64,000 nucleotides of DNA from an uncultured delta proteobacterium (GTDB lineage: Bacteria > Desulfobacterota > Binatia > UBA9968). The DNA lies in the NCBI GenBank assembly GCA_963760795.1, contig CAVXEP010000019.1, positions 96,001 through 160,000 on the forward strand. Reading direction: 5' to 3'. Below, in pieces: positions 53,232 through 63,637 of the stretch (within the stretch, counting starts at the first letter, position 1; every line of letters starts with the position of its first letter). The translations under genes were made by a program, and so were the position numbers. Below the pieces are notes generated by a model that saw only the letters and a list, made by a program, of their open reading frames with translations, was not told the DNA's origin and ran no database searches.

Positions 53232-54251
53232 GTGCATTTCACAGGCAAGCACTGGATAATTTACGCGAGCGTTTTTCTAATGGTGATGCTGGCGATGCTC
53301 TCGGCACCGCAGGCTCAGGACAAGCTGCTGATCTCCTACGGAGGTCATAATGAGACCGTCGGTCCCATGTGGGTCGCAGTGGACAAGGGCATTTTCAGGA
53401 GATACAGCCTCGACGTGAACATGCTCCAGGTGCGCAACGGCCAGATCAGCTTAACGGCAGTGATGGCAGGGGATGTTCAGGCCTTTTGGCCCGCGGTTTC
53501 TTCGGTCATCAGCGGCGTCTCCGGAGGAGCAAAGCTCGGCTGCGTCGCCAGTCCCTTCAACAAGATCGCGCGGGAGCTGATCGTGCGACCGGAAATCGAC
53601 TCGCTTGCCGCCCTGCGGGAGAAAATCTTCGGGGTGCAGAGCATCGGCGGCGGCTTCTGGTTGCAAACCATGATCGTTTTGGATCGGCTCGGCGTCGATG
53701 CCGACAAGTACAAATTGCAGATGCGTGTGATCGGCGACGAACCGACGATTCTCCAAGCCCTGCTCGCCTCGAACATCGACGCGGCGGTGATCACCCAGGC
53801 TTCAGCCGCAGTGGCAAAACGGGCCGGTTTACGCTCCCTGGCGAATACCACGGAGCTGAAGGTTCCTTATCAAGGAGTGGGAATCTGTACGCGCAGCGAC
53901 CGAATCGCTAATTCGCCGGACCTGATCATGCGCTTGGTAAAAGGCATGGTCGAGGGCGTGGTGTTTATTCAAAGCCCGCGCAACAAACGGGAGGTCATGG
54001 ATGTGCTCAAGAAGCATCTCCGGCTGAGCACAGACCAGGACGCCGAGACCTCTTACAACGCATTGCGCACGGTGTCTTCCCTCGACGTCGCCCCCGATCC
54101 CGAGGCTTGGAAAAATATTCAAAAGTATGTTGCCCGAGTGACTCCTAGAGTCGGCCAGTTGGATATTCATCAGATCATCAATGGTAATTTCGTCAAGACG
54201 CTCGAAGAAACCGGCTTCGTCGCCGAAGCTAAAAAGCGCCACGGACTCTAG
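53232..54251 (+). CDS. NMT1/SsuA-like ABC substrate-binding protein
   Basis: Signal peptide, WVAVDKGIFRRYSLDV, GVQSIGG, FVKTLEETGF. Confidence 0.85.
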   Translation: MHFTGKHWIIYASVFLMVMLAMLSAPQAQDKLLISYGGHNETVGPMWVAVDKGIFRRYSLDVNMLQVRNGQISLTAVMAGDVQAFWPAVSSVISGVSGGAKLGCVASPFNKIARELIVRPEIDSLAALREKIFGVQSIGGGFWLQTMIVLDRLGVDADKYKLQMRVIGDEPTILQALLASNIDAAVITQASAAVAKRAGLRSLANTTELKVPYQGVGICTRSDRIANSPDLIMRLVKGMVEGVVFIQSPRNKREVMDVLKKHLRLSTDQDAETSYNALRTVSSLDVAPDPEAWKNIQKYVARVTPRVGQLDIHQIINGNFVKTLEETGFVAEAKKRHGL

Positions 54252-54388
54252 GGGTATGAAAGCGCGCCGAGCAAAAGTGCCAGGTTCAATACCTCGTGGT
54301 CGGGGCATGGTCGGAGTCGTGCAGTAGCTGGGGTCAGGGCTTGCTTTGTAAACGAATGAATCGTGTTTCCAATCGCTGGGGGTTGATT

Positions 54389-54604
54389 CCCCGCAGCTTG
54401 GTGCGCTTTGAGTCCGACGTAGGATGGGTGGAGTCCTTCGACTTGGCTCAGGATAGACTCCGCGATACCCATCATTCCGAATGGTGGGTATCGGTGCTTT
54501 GCACCTCCGCCCACCCGACAATTCCATCCGAAGTGCGTTGCTTCGATACCCCGTAGCTTGCTGCGGGATAGTTCCATTTCGTTCAAAAGGTTCCAACCGT
54601 TCAA
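54389..54604. repeat. Nested repeat cluster: REP doublet between direct repeats, followed by a GTTCAA array
   Basis: gtaggatgggtggag..gatacccatc / ggtgggtatc..ctccgcccacccgac; ccccgcagcttggtgcg and ccccgtagcttgctgcg; gttcca/gttcaa x4. Confidence 0.72.
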
Positions 54605-54757
54605 GAGCTTTGAAAGCCAGCCTTAGTCACGAGGAATGGCCGAAATTGTTGTTCCCGTCGTTCCGCTGGGAGACACTAACTAAATGTTCACCAGCGCCGC
54701 TGGTCGTGTTATGGATAGCTTCATCCTCATTGCCAGCCATGCCAGGAAGGAGTAGCC

Positions 54758-55919
54758 ATGCGCGACGGTTTTAAGATTTTCGATTCGGACACGCACCTCA
54801 ATCCTTTGGCCGAAACTCTGGAGCCCTACTTCGATGCGGCCATGCTCAAGCGGCTGCCGGAGTGGGCGAGCTGCAAGGTGCCGTTTCGCACTGGCTGGGC
54901 CGGCGAGATTCTCGAACCGCCGTATCGGCACCGTTACCAGTTCAAGAAAAGAAGCCGGCTGGCGTGAGCAGCTGCGTATTCTTGGCGAAGCGGGACCGCG
55001 GGAGCATATCGAGCCGCACTTTCCGAAGTTCATGGGGAGCCGCTTTCCGACGCCCGGCGGGTCGGATCATGACGCTGACGCGCGCATCCGGGACATGGAC
55101 GAGGAGGGCGTGGACGTTCAGCTGATGCTGCCCGGACTGCCGCCGGCCACGGACGAGGTCGAGATTGAGATCGGGTTTATTCGGGCCAACCACCGCTTTA
55201 CCGATGACTTCTGCGCTAAGCAGCCGCATCGTCTGAAGTCTCTCATCGTCGTCAGCAGCAGAGCGATCGAAGCATCCGTGCAAGAAATCAAAGCCTGGGC
55301 GCGCGCGCCCTGGGCCGCAGGCATCCATCCCAATTTGGCAGAGGGCGTTCCCATCGACCACCCGGACCTGGAGCCGATCTGGGCCGCGGCCAATGACGCC
55401 GGACTGTGCGTGGCGCATCACAGTTTCACTGCCGGCTATCCCGGCTATCGCGATCTCTGGGACAACCCGTTCATCGGCCGGACGGCATCGCATCCGTGGG
55501 GCGCGATGAGAGCAATCACTGCATTCTTCGGTGCCGGGATCATGGATCGGTATCCGAACATTCGCTACTGCATTCTTGAGTCCGGATTCGGCTGGCTACC
55601 GTTTTGGGCCGCGCGGATGGACGATCAATGCGAATACATGGCTTACGCCCTGCCGAAGAATCTCGCTCGCAAACCCAGCGAATACATGACCAGTGGGCGC
55701 TTCTTCGCCAGCGTGGTGATCCACGAAGGCGAGAAGATGGCGCGCATGGTCACCGACTTCCTCGGCGACAATGTCTTGATGTATTCGTCCGATTACCCCC
55801 ACGCTGAATCCCGCTTTCCCGAGTCCACGAACAAGGTGCTGGGGTGGAAATCTTTGGGAAACCAGGTCATGGGAAAAATGCTCTGGGACAACGCGACCCA
55901 ATGCTTCGGCGCGCCCTAG
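54758..55919 (+). CDS. Amidohydrolase-2 family protein, frameshift near 54945
   Basis: IFDSDTH, RIRDMDEEGVD, LESGFGW, SSDYPH. Confidence 0.88.
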
Positions 55920-56072
55920 AAACTTTTCGACAATTTCGAGACCACTCGATAGGTGATCAGGATCAGCCGTCTAGAGTTCTAATACAGACTAGCAAGAGTT
56001 GTTTGACGGCTCTCAGAGTGGATGATATGAGCGGCCATTGAGATCTATGAGTCAGGTAAAGAGGGAACTTTC

Positions 56073-57173
56073 ATGTACCGTCGCCTGATTGGCAGCACAT
56101 TATTTCTCGCCTTAAATCTCTGCAGCCCAGCAGTAACTCTGGCCGCCTCAGCTAGTTCATGGGATTCGATTCTGGCCAAAGCACGGACCGAAGGAAGTGT
56201 CACAGTTTCCGGTCCGGGGACAGCGGATGCCCGGCGTTCCCTAACCAAGCCGTTCGAAGATCGTTACGGTATCCGGGTGGAATACGACGGTGGCCGGGGT
56301 TCCGATCAGCGCACCCTGATCATCAACCAACGGGCGGCTGGAATACATCAAACCGATGTGTGGCTCACCGGTTTCGGTACAGTCGAGGGCCTCGACGTAC
56401 GGGCGTTTTTTGAGCCTCTGGAACCGCTCTTGCTCCTTGCCGACGTGAAAGCCACCCAGACTTGGCTCAATGGACATTTGTGGTACGACGCCAAGGATCG
56501 GCGAATCTTTGGACATGCCGCGAGACTGTTTGGCGGTCTTGCCGTGAATCCCCAGAACGTTAGGGGTGAAGTGATAAAGTCATTCAAAGACCTGCTGAAA
56601 CCGCAGTACAAAGGTAAGATTATTTCCGATGATGCGAGAGTTGCCGGAGTCGGCCAAGGTTTTTTCACCTACCTTTATATGGGCAAGGAGTTAGGCTTTG
56701 GGCCAAACTATATCAAGAGACTGATTGAAGAGCAGGATGTCACCTTTACTCGGAACGCTAGGCAGGCGGCCGACTGGATCGCCAACGGGCGCTATTTGTT
56801 CTGGCCTGCCCCCGATACCCGGCCGGTTGCCGAACTGCAGGGGAAAGGAGTGCCCATCGAGCACCGCTGCCTGGAAGATGGCCAGTGGCTCTCCATGGGC
56901 AGCGGTGGCGTCGGGGTGTTCACCAAGGCACCGCACCCGAGCGCAGCCGTCATTTATCTGAACTGGTTACTGAGTAAGGAAGGACAGGCGAATTATGCCG
57001 AAGGGGGAGACACGGCGAGTCGCAGGGTCGATGTGCCGGCAAAAATTTCCTCGTGCTTTGTGCCGAAAGCGGGCAAGAATTATTTCTGGGTCGACAGAGC
57101 GGACGCGCTTGAGATGCGAAAACCAGGCGGTGAATTGGTGCAGTTTTTAAAAACCGTCTACACGAGAAATTGA
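56073..57173 (+). CDS. Extracellular solute-binding protein (Fe3+/thiamine-type ABC)
   Basis: Signal peptide, DLLKPQYKGKI, APHPSAA..YLNWLLSKEGQ. Confidence 0.85.
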   Translation: MYRRLIGSTLFLALNLCSPAVTLAASASSWDSILAKARTEGSVTVSGPGTADARRSLTKPFEDRYGIRVEYDGGRGSDQRTLIINQRAAGIHQTDVWLTGFGTVEGLDVRAFFEPLEPLLLLADVKATQTWLNGHLWYDAKDRRIFGHAARLFGGLAVNPQNVRGEVIKSFKDLLKPQYKGKIISDDARVAGVGQGFFTYLYMGKELGFGPNYIKRLIEEQDVTFTRNARQAADWIANGRYLFWPAPDTRPVAELQGKGVPIEHRCLEDGQWLSMGSGGVGVFTKAPHPSAAVIYLNWLLSKEGQANYAEGGDTASRRVDVPAKISSCFVPKAGKNYFWVDRADALEMRKPGGELVQFLKTVYTRN

Positions 57174-57233
57174 CGATGGACGATTGGTCGCGAAAATAGA
57201 AACTTTACTGGCGCAGTCGAGAGGAGAATACCT

Positions 57234-58325
57234 ATGGGGCTGATCATCGATGCTGATACGCATGTCGCGGAGTCCGAACATATGTGGGCGTTGTTGGAGA
57301 AGGAGCTCCACGCTCGACGGCCGATCATGATGCAAGTTCCCGACGACACCGTTTACGGCTCGAGCAATGCTTTTTGGTTGATCGACGGTAACATCGTGCC
57401 CAAGCCCGCCGGCAGAGGCGGCAACCGGCTGATTACACCCTCGGCATCCAAGAAGGAGTCATCGAGGACGGACATACCTATAGAATCCAGAGAAATGAGC
57501 GCGCCGAGTTTGCGCCTGAAAGACATGGACAAGCTCCACGTCGATGTCCAGGTAGTCTACCCGACGCTTTTTCTAGTTTATTTGACCGACGACGTGCAAT
57601 TAGAAATTGGCTTGTGCAAGGCCTACAACCGCTTCATGAGCGAGGCTTGCTCGAGCGACGGCAAGCGCTTGAAGTGGGTGGCCGTCCTACCGCTGCGGTC
57701 CGTTGATGAGTCGCTCAAGCAGATGAAGTGGGCCAAGGATCATGGCGCCGTGGGGTTGTTTTTCCGCGGCCTTGAGAAGGACCTCAACTTGGACGATCCT
57801 TATTTCTTCCCAGTATACCAGGCGGCCATGGATCAGGATCTGGCCATTTGTATCCATACCGGGGCCGGCTCACCGGTGATGTCGAGCCTCTTCAACGTAG
57901 ACCGTCATTCAGTATTTTGCCATGGCCGGCTACTTCCCTTGATCGCTTTCAGAAACCTGGTGGCCAATCGGATACCGGAGCTTTTTCCGAAACTAAGATT
58001 CGGCTTCATCGAAGCTTCCGCCAGCTGGGTACCGTTTCTCCTCCATGCCTTAAGACGACAGTTCCGCGGGCGATGGTCGGAGTTGTCGAGCGCCGAACTG
58101 TTTCACAAATACCGCTTCTACGTGGCTTGCGAGGCCGACGAGGACGTTGCGTACCTATCTCATTATATCGGCGAAGAAAATCTGATTATCGGCTCGGATT
58201 ACGGCCATAACGATCCTTCGGAAGAAGGCGACCTTGTGGGGACGATAAAGGCTCGTGAAGATATCCCGCTGCACCTGGCGGAAAAAATTCTTTCCGATAA
58301 TCCCAAACGATTATATAACTTGTAG
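57234..58325 (+). CDS. Amidohydrolase-2 family protein
   Basis: IIDADTH, QVVYPT, IHTG, FIEA, GSDYGH. Confidence 0.9.
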   Translation: MGLIIDADTHVAESEHMWALLEKELHARRPIMMQVPDDTVYGSSNAFWLIDGNIVPKPAGRGGNRLITPSASKKESSRTDIPIESREMSAPSLRLKDMDKLHVDVQVVYPTLFLVYLTDDVQLEIGLCKAYNRFMSEACSSDGKRLKWVAVLPLRSVDESLKQMKWAKDHGAVGLFFRGLEKDLNLDDPYFFPVYQAAMDQDLAICIHTGAGSPVMSSLFNVDRHSVFCHGRLLPLIAFRNLVANRIPELFPKLRFGFIEASASWVPFLLHALRRQFRGRWSELSSAELFHKYRFYVACEADEDVAYLSHYIGEENLIIGSDYGHNDPSEEGDLVGTIKAREDIPLHLAEKILSDNPKRLYNL

Positions 58326-58565
58326 AAATTTTTTGGCTGATGATTCTGCTGGGAAACTTGGAGGCCGGGTTCGGTTGGGAGAGGTGTGGCCATTGTAGCG
58401 CTAGCCAGCCGCTCATCCGCTGGGTTCTTCGCACTCACGCAAGTGATTGAGTTGACGCCGGGGCGGTGTATTCGCGATTGAGATCTAACGCCAAGGAAAC
58501 AGGGCCATCCAGATCACCATGCAGTTTCCCACCGGGACATTCGTCTCGGAGGTGAAGTCCGACAG

Positions 58566-60296
58566 ATGTCCCTTCGTAGGCCAGCTGAAAGAGCGAGAGA
58601 TTTTCATCTGTTCGCTAGACTCAATGGCACCACCCTGGGCTTCGCATTACTGATAGCGGTCATCGCTTGCTTCACGGCATACCCAATCGGTCTGCTTTTT
58701 TTGGGCAGTTTCCAGGTCAACCCACTCGGACAACCGATCGCTTGGGGGCTAGAAGGGTGGCGCATGGCGTTTGGCGACGCCGCGGTGCCGAAAGCACTCT
58801 GGAACACTTTTATCCTCGGCTCTGCTCGCGTCGCGATTACCACGGTCTTATCGGTTTTTTTCGCCTGGGTGATTACCCGAACGGACACACCGGGAAAGAA
58901 CTTTATCGAGTTCATGCTCTGGCTCGGATTTTTTCTGCCTTTGCTGCCGATGACGTTGGGATGGATATTATTGTTGGATCCCAACTATGGCCTTATCAAT
59001 AAGCTGGCGGTGGATTGGCTCGGAATGTCCCGCGGCCCTTTCAACATATATACCTACGGCGGCATTGTTTGGGCCCATCTCGCCTTTAGCACCTGCGTGC
59101 GCTTTATACTTTTGACACCCGCCTTCAAAGCGCTCGACGCGACTTTGGAGGAGGCGGCTCAAGTGGCCGGCAGCAGCGCGCTTACCACGCTAATGCGGGT
59201 GACCGTTCCGGTACTGCTGCCCGCGGTCTTGGCGACGACGATGTTGAGCTTCATCAAGAGCTTGGAGTCGATGGAAATCGAGATCGTGCTGGGCGTTCCC
59301 GCGCGCATTTTCGTGTTCTCAACGTTAGTGTGGGACTACGCGCACTTTCAGCCGCCGGCCTACCACGCTGCGACGGCGCTGAGCAGTATTTTTCTCGTCG
59401 CCGTCTTTGGTCTCATCTGGTTGCAACGGATTATGCTCGGCGGCCGGGATTACACAACGGTTGGCGGTCGCAGTTATTCAGTTCGGGTCCAGAGCATCGG
59501 GCGCTGGCGTTGGGTCACCTTCGGCGTTTGCATCGCTTTCATCTTTGTCATGATCGTCTTACCGATGGCTGTCCTGATCTTGGGGACGTTTATGAAAGCG
59601 TTCGGCTATTTCTCAATTCCCGAGCCATGGACTGTCAATAACTGGTCAGGCGCGTTTGCCGACCCGATCCTATTGCGCTCCTTGCGTAATACCTTGATTT
59701 TGGGGGCGGGAGCGGGTGGATTGGGCGCGCTGGTTTACGCAATCCTGGGCTATAACATTGTCCGCTCCCGACTCATGGGTCGCCATGTGCTGGACTTTCT
59801 CGCCTGGCTGCCATGGGCATTGCCCGGCGTGCTGATCAGCTTGGCGCTACTATCGGCGACATTGGGTATCGGCAAGGCGGTAACGCCGATCTACGGAACG
59901 CTTTATCTGCTGATCTTGGCGATCATTATCAAGGAACTGCCGTTGGGCACGCAGATCTCCAAAGCCAGCGTCATGCAAATCGGCAAAGAACTCGAAGAGA
60001 GTTCGTTTGTCAGTGGCGCTTCCGGCGCCCGAACCTTCGGTAAGATCGTTATTCCGATCTTACTGCCGGCGATTTTAGCGACCGCTCTAGTGGTATTTGT
60101 CTCAGCGGTACGCGACATCCCCGTGGTACTATTGCTTTCTTCGCCATCGTCGAGGCCGCTCTCTCTGCTGATGTTGGATTACATTGGGGGTGCCGAAACC
60201 GAAAAGGCTACGGTGATCGGAGTTTTCATCGTGATTATCATTGTCGTTGCTGCTTTAATGGTCCGTTTCCTCGGCCTCAGAAAACATATCGACTAG
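58566..60296 (+). CDS. FbpB/AfuB-type ABC permease (two BPD_transp domains)
   Basis: LDATLEEAAQVAG and ELEESSFVSGA EAA loops; about 12 TM segments. Confidence 0.9.
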   Translation: MSLRRPAERARDFHLFARLNGTTLGFALLIAVIACFTAYPIGLLFLGSFQVNPLGQPIAWGLEGWRMAFGDAAVPKALWNTFILGSARVAITTVLSVFFAWVITRTDTPGKNFIEFMLWLGFFLPLLPMTLGWILLLDPNYGLINKLAVDWLGMSRGPFNIYTYGGIVWAHLAFSTCVRFILLTPAFKALDATLEEAAQVAGSSALTTLMRVTVPVLLPAVLATTMLSFIKSLESMEIEIVLGVPARIFVFSTLVWDYAHFQPPAYHAATALSSIFLVAVFGLIWLQRIMLGGRDYTTVGGRSYSVRVQSIGRWRWVTFGVCIAFIFVMIVLPMAVLILGTFMKAFGYFSIPEPWTVNNWSGAFADPILLRSLRNTLILGAGAGGLGALVYAILGYNIVRSRLMGRHVLDFLAWLPWALPGVLISLALLSATLGIGKAVTPIYGTLYLLILAIIIKELPLGTQISKASVMQIGKELEESSFVSGASGARTFGKIVIPILLPAILATALVVFVSAVRDIPVVLLLSSPSSRPLSLLMLDYIGGAETEKATVIGVFIVIIIVVAALMVRFLGLRKHID

Positions 60297-60513
60297 CGTC
60301 GCGTCACTCGGAATGGCAATTCGTAACGCCGCCGGCGCTGGGCAGGCGGTCAAAGCATGGGGGCTACTATCGATGGGTTGACCAGCAAGGTGTTGGCGCG
60401 GATACCCCGGAGACAAGGGCTTGGGGAAATAGCTGTAGCGAAACGCGACCAAATGCTTCGGCGCGCCCTAGAAGGTTTTCGGCAATTTTGAAGACTATAT
60501 TATTGGACAGCCA

Positions 60514-60677
60514 GTTCCAGACGATCCAAATGTTCCCGACGTTCAACCGCTTCGCTCCGTGCAAAAGGAATCCGGCGATTTTATGTTAACCCCGCCTCTT
60601 GAGGCGGGCCAACTAAATGGGGTTTCCAAAGGGGGCGAGCATCCCCTTTGGTCAAGGGCGGGGTTAAATCCCCGCCC
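60514..60677. repeat. GTTCAA-type 9-mer array and three GC-rich hairpins
   Basis: Units at 60514, 60523, 60532, 60541; cccgcctc-tt-gaggcggg; ccaaagggg..cccctttgg; gggcgggg..ccccgccc. Confidence 0.65.
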
Positions 60678-60692
60678 GCGAAGTGACTTCGT

Positions 60693-61598
60693 TTAACGTT
60701 GGCCGCGAAGCTTATCTAAGCGTACGAAAATAATTATCGCGAGTGCAATTAACAGTGCGACGACAATCACCAGTCGGTAATTATTGACGGGTGCGGGTGG
60801 CTCTTCCCAACTGGGAACAGTCGCCAAATTAGTCTGGAACTTTGCCTTTGCAAAATCGTAGACATAAACGTTTTGCCACTCAAAGCAGTGGATTGGCTTG
60901 GCGAAATCTAGGTTTTCTCTTCGTGTTTCCGACGGAACATCGCTTGCCTTATAGATGCAGGTCTTGAACTCCAGCGCGACGTTTCTGACGCCGCTGCCGG
61001 TGACGAACGCGCCGGCGGGATAGTCGGCCATATAGACAACCGGCGCTTTCGGTTTCATCACGCCGTAGTATTTCTGCGTCCGGTTGTCGTAGGAGCCGGG
61101 TTTGTTCCAGCGCAATAAATAAAATCTACCGTAGTCAGGATCGCTGTTGTAGGCGGGATCGGTGTCCTGCGAATCGATCACCCATTGGCGAAAGCAAAAA
61201 GGAATCTGCTCGCCGAAGCTTGCAACGGTGTCGCTGACGATCCGTACGGATCTTTGCCTTCGCGATTTTTCGCGCGTTTCAAAAACGCAGCCTTTCTTGA
61301 ATTGTACGATGACGTATTTCTCCAGCGCGGCCACGACATCGGTTTCATATTCCATGATCACGCCATTGCCGTAGGTCGGATGATCGGGGTTATCGCTGAA
61401 CCAAATCTCGTTCACCGCCTTGGTCAAGGTAAATCTTTTGAGATCGCAGCTGTCGGTCGCGTGGCAGTCCGGATTCAAGAAGACCTGCTGAGTCTCCGAG
61501 AGCGTGTGCACATGGCCTATGCCGGTAAAGTCTGCATAAGAAATACCGGCTAGTAATGAGAACAGCAGGATGCATGAAAAACAGAGGAATCGCTTCAT
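60693..61598 (-). CDS. Hypothetical exported protein with a C-terminal membrane anchor
   Basis: Signal peptide, several cysteines, C-terminal hydrophobic helix plus basic tail. Confidence 0.7.
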   Translation of the reverse strand: MKRFLCFSCILLFSLLAGISYADFTGIGHVHTLSETQQVFLNPDCHATDSCDLKRFTLTKAVNEIWFSDNPDHPTYGNGVIMEYETDVVAALEKYVIVQFKKGCVFETREKSRRQRSVRIVSDTVASFGEQIPFCFRQWVIDSQDTDPAYNSDPDYGRFYLLRWNKPGSYDNRTQKYYGVMKPKAPVVYMADYPAGAFVTGSGVRNVALEFKTCIYKASDVPSETRRENLDFAKPIHCFEWQNVYVYDFAKAKFQTNLATVPSWEEPPAPVNNYRLVIVVALLIALAIIIFVRLDKLRGQR

Positions 61599-61602
61599 TG
61601 AG

Positions 61603-61680
61603 TCGAGATCCTTTACTTGCGCCCAGGATATTTCACTTCAGTGCTTGCTAAGTCGAGATCCTTCGCTTTCTCAGGATGAC
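61603..61680. repeat. Two direct copies of a gagatccttc..caggat palindromic repeat
   Basis: tcgagatcctttacttgcgcccaggat and tcgagatccttcgctttctcaggatgac. Confidence 0.6.
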
Positions 61681-61707
61681 CTGACCTCAGCTTTAACTGA
61701 GGTCAGG

Positions 61708-63547
61708 TCAATTGCAGATCATCAGGTGGCAGTCTCTCGGCAATTTCTTCATCAACCCTTTGATCACATGGCCGCGCAGCATGTGGTAGAAGGCTGAGCG
61801 GCGCGATGCGCCGATGATCACTGAATCGACGTCGAGGACTTTGGCGGCGTTGGCGATCGCTTCGGCGGCGTTGTGCGACACCGACCAGATTGGCAGGATC
61901 TCGATTCCTTTATCGCGCACGGCCTGTAACACCGTTTTTAGAGTTTGGACTCCCTGTTCATTGGGCGCATGGGGCGTGTTCCCGGCAAACAAACCGGGCC
62001 ATTCTTCCACGTAAATGCAATAGAGCGCCGACTCTCCCTTGCCTTTTACGCGGGTGATCGCTTCTTGCACCAAACCGGGGCTCTGATCACGCAATGCCAA
62101 TAAGGTTGACGACGAGTAGAGCGGCTTGACGTCAACCGCCTCTGATAGTGTCATTAACCCTTTCAACTCATCTTCCACCAGGTTTTCCGACGCGTGGTAG
62201 GCGCGCGCTTGTAGACGCTGAATAAAAGGAACCTGCACCAGAATGTCGAGGAACCACGCGCGGCGGACACCGACAGCGGTAAGCATGCCGATCAACGTGA
62301 TCGCGCCACCGAAGTAAGTGGCCAGCGGTTTCTCCACGATATTGATCGCCCAGGCCACCGCGACCATCAACGTCGTGAAGACGCCGATCCAGAATCCAAG
62401 ATCGCGTCGGCCGAGCCTCCATCGAATAGAATCGAGACTCAATGATGAAAAAACAAAGGCGCCGAGTAGTCCGAAGGCATACATATCGCCCAAGATCTTC
62501 ATTTGTCCGCCCGACCCAACGATAACGAGCATCGGTAGGGAGAGTTGCCAGGACGACGGCAATATGCGGTGAATTAAACGCATTGTTGCGAAGCGCGATG
62601 ACTCGCGGCAAAAAACCGCCATTCACCAGGGCGAGAAACACATGGTAGGAGCCGATGATCGCGGTGTTGGAGGCGAACAGCAGTAAGCTTGAAGCGGTCA
62701 AAACCACAGCGAGCTTGAGGCCCAGGCCGCCGACGATCATGCCCAATTGCGATATGAATCTCTCGCTCTCGGTCGCCTTGAAGTGCTCGGGCAAGAGGCC
62801 GATGGACAGAGCGGTGAGGACCGGCGCAGTGATGACCATGGTGACTATCACCGCTGTCATGGCCCAGCGAGTAGTGCGCCGCAGGGGAAATTTCATAGTT
62901 GGACTCAACTGGCTGATGCTTTCCAAACCGGAAAACGCCAGCCAAGCCGAAGAAAATCCGACCAGCAGCTCATAGTGAGAGATTTCTTTGCCGGTGCCTA
63001 GACGGCTGAGAACCGTGCTCCACTGTGCGCCGTCCATGGTGATCAACGCAATGGCGATGACTACCATGTTGACGAAAAACGAAGCGCAGGCCATGACCAT
63101 CGCCACGGTGGCGCTCTCGCGAATGCCGACGATGTTGAGCGCGGCCAAGACTCCGACGCCCGTACAGGCGAGCAAAACGATATGGGCGTCCAACGCCGGG
63201 AAGGCGCTGCCAACATATTGAAAGCCCGCAACCGCCGAGATCGCGGTGGTCAGAAAATAGTCCACCGTGATCAGCATGCCGCCCAGGCAGCCCCAAATCG
63301 GGCCGAAGGCTTTGGTCGTGATCGTCACTACGCCGCCACCCTCGGGGTTGCGCCAGGAGATTTCGATGTATTTAAGCGATAGCAGGATGAAGCCGCCGGT
63401 GGTCAAGAGCACAAAAAACGGCGTAGCGTCTTTGACATGACCGTAAAGAATGCCCGGGACATAGTAAACCGAGGTGCCGATATCGCAGAACACCACTGCC
63501 CAGGCCAAAAACCAATTGAGTTGCCGAGTATCGCGGGTCGGTTTCAT
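61708..63547 (-). CDS. APC-superfamily permease with a C-terminal universal stress protein domain, frameshift near 62535
   Basis: VVFCDIGTSVYY, EGGG, AFSGLESISQ, MYAFG, and USP-like IIGASRRS...G. Confidence 0.85.
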
Positions 63548-63637
63548 AGAATGTCGACGAAGGATCGTTTAGGAATAGATGCCCACCGACGATAAGGCAA
63601 GCGTGATTGTGAACGTCACGAAAGCGCGCGAAGGATG

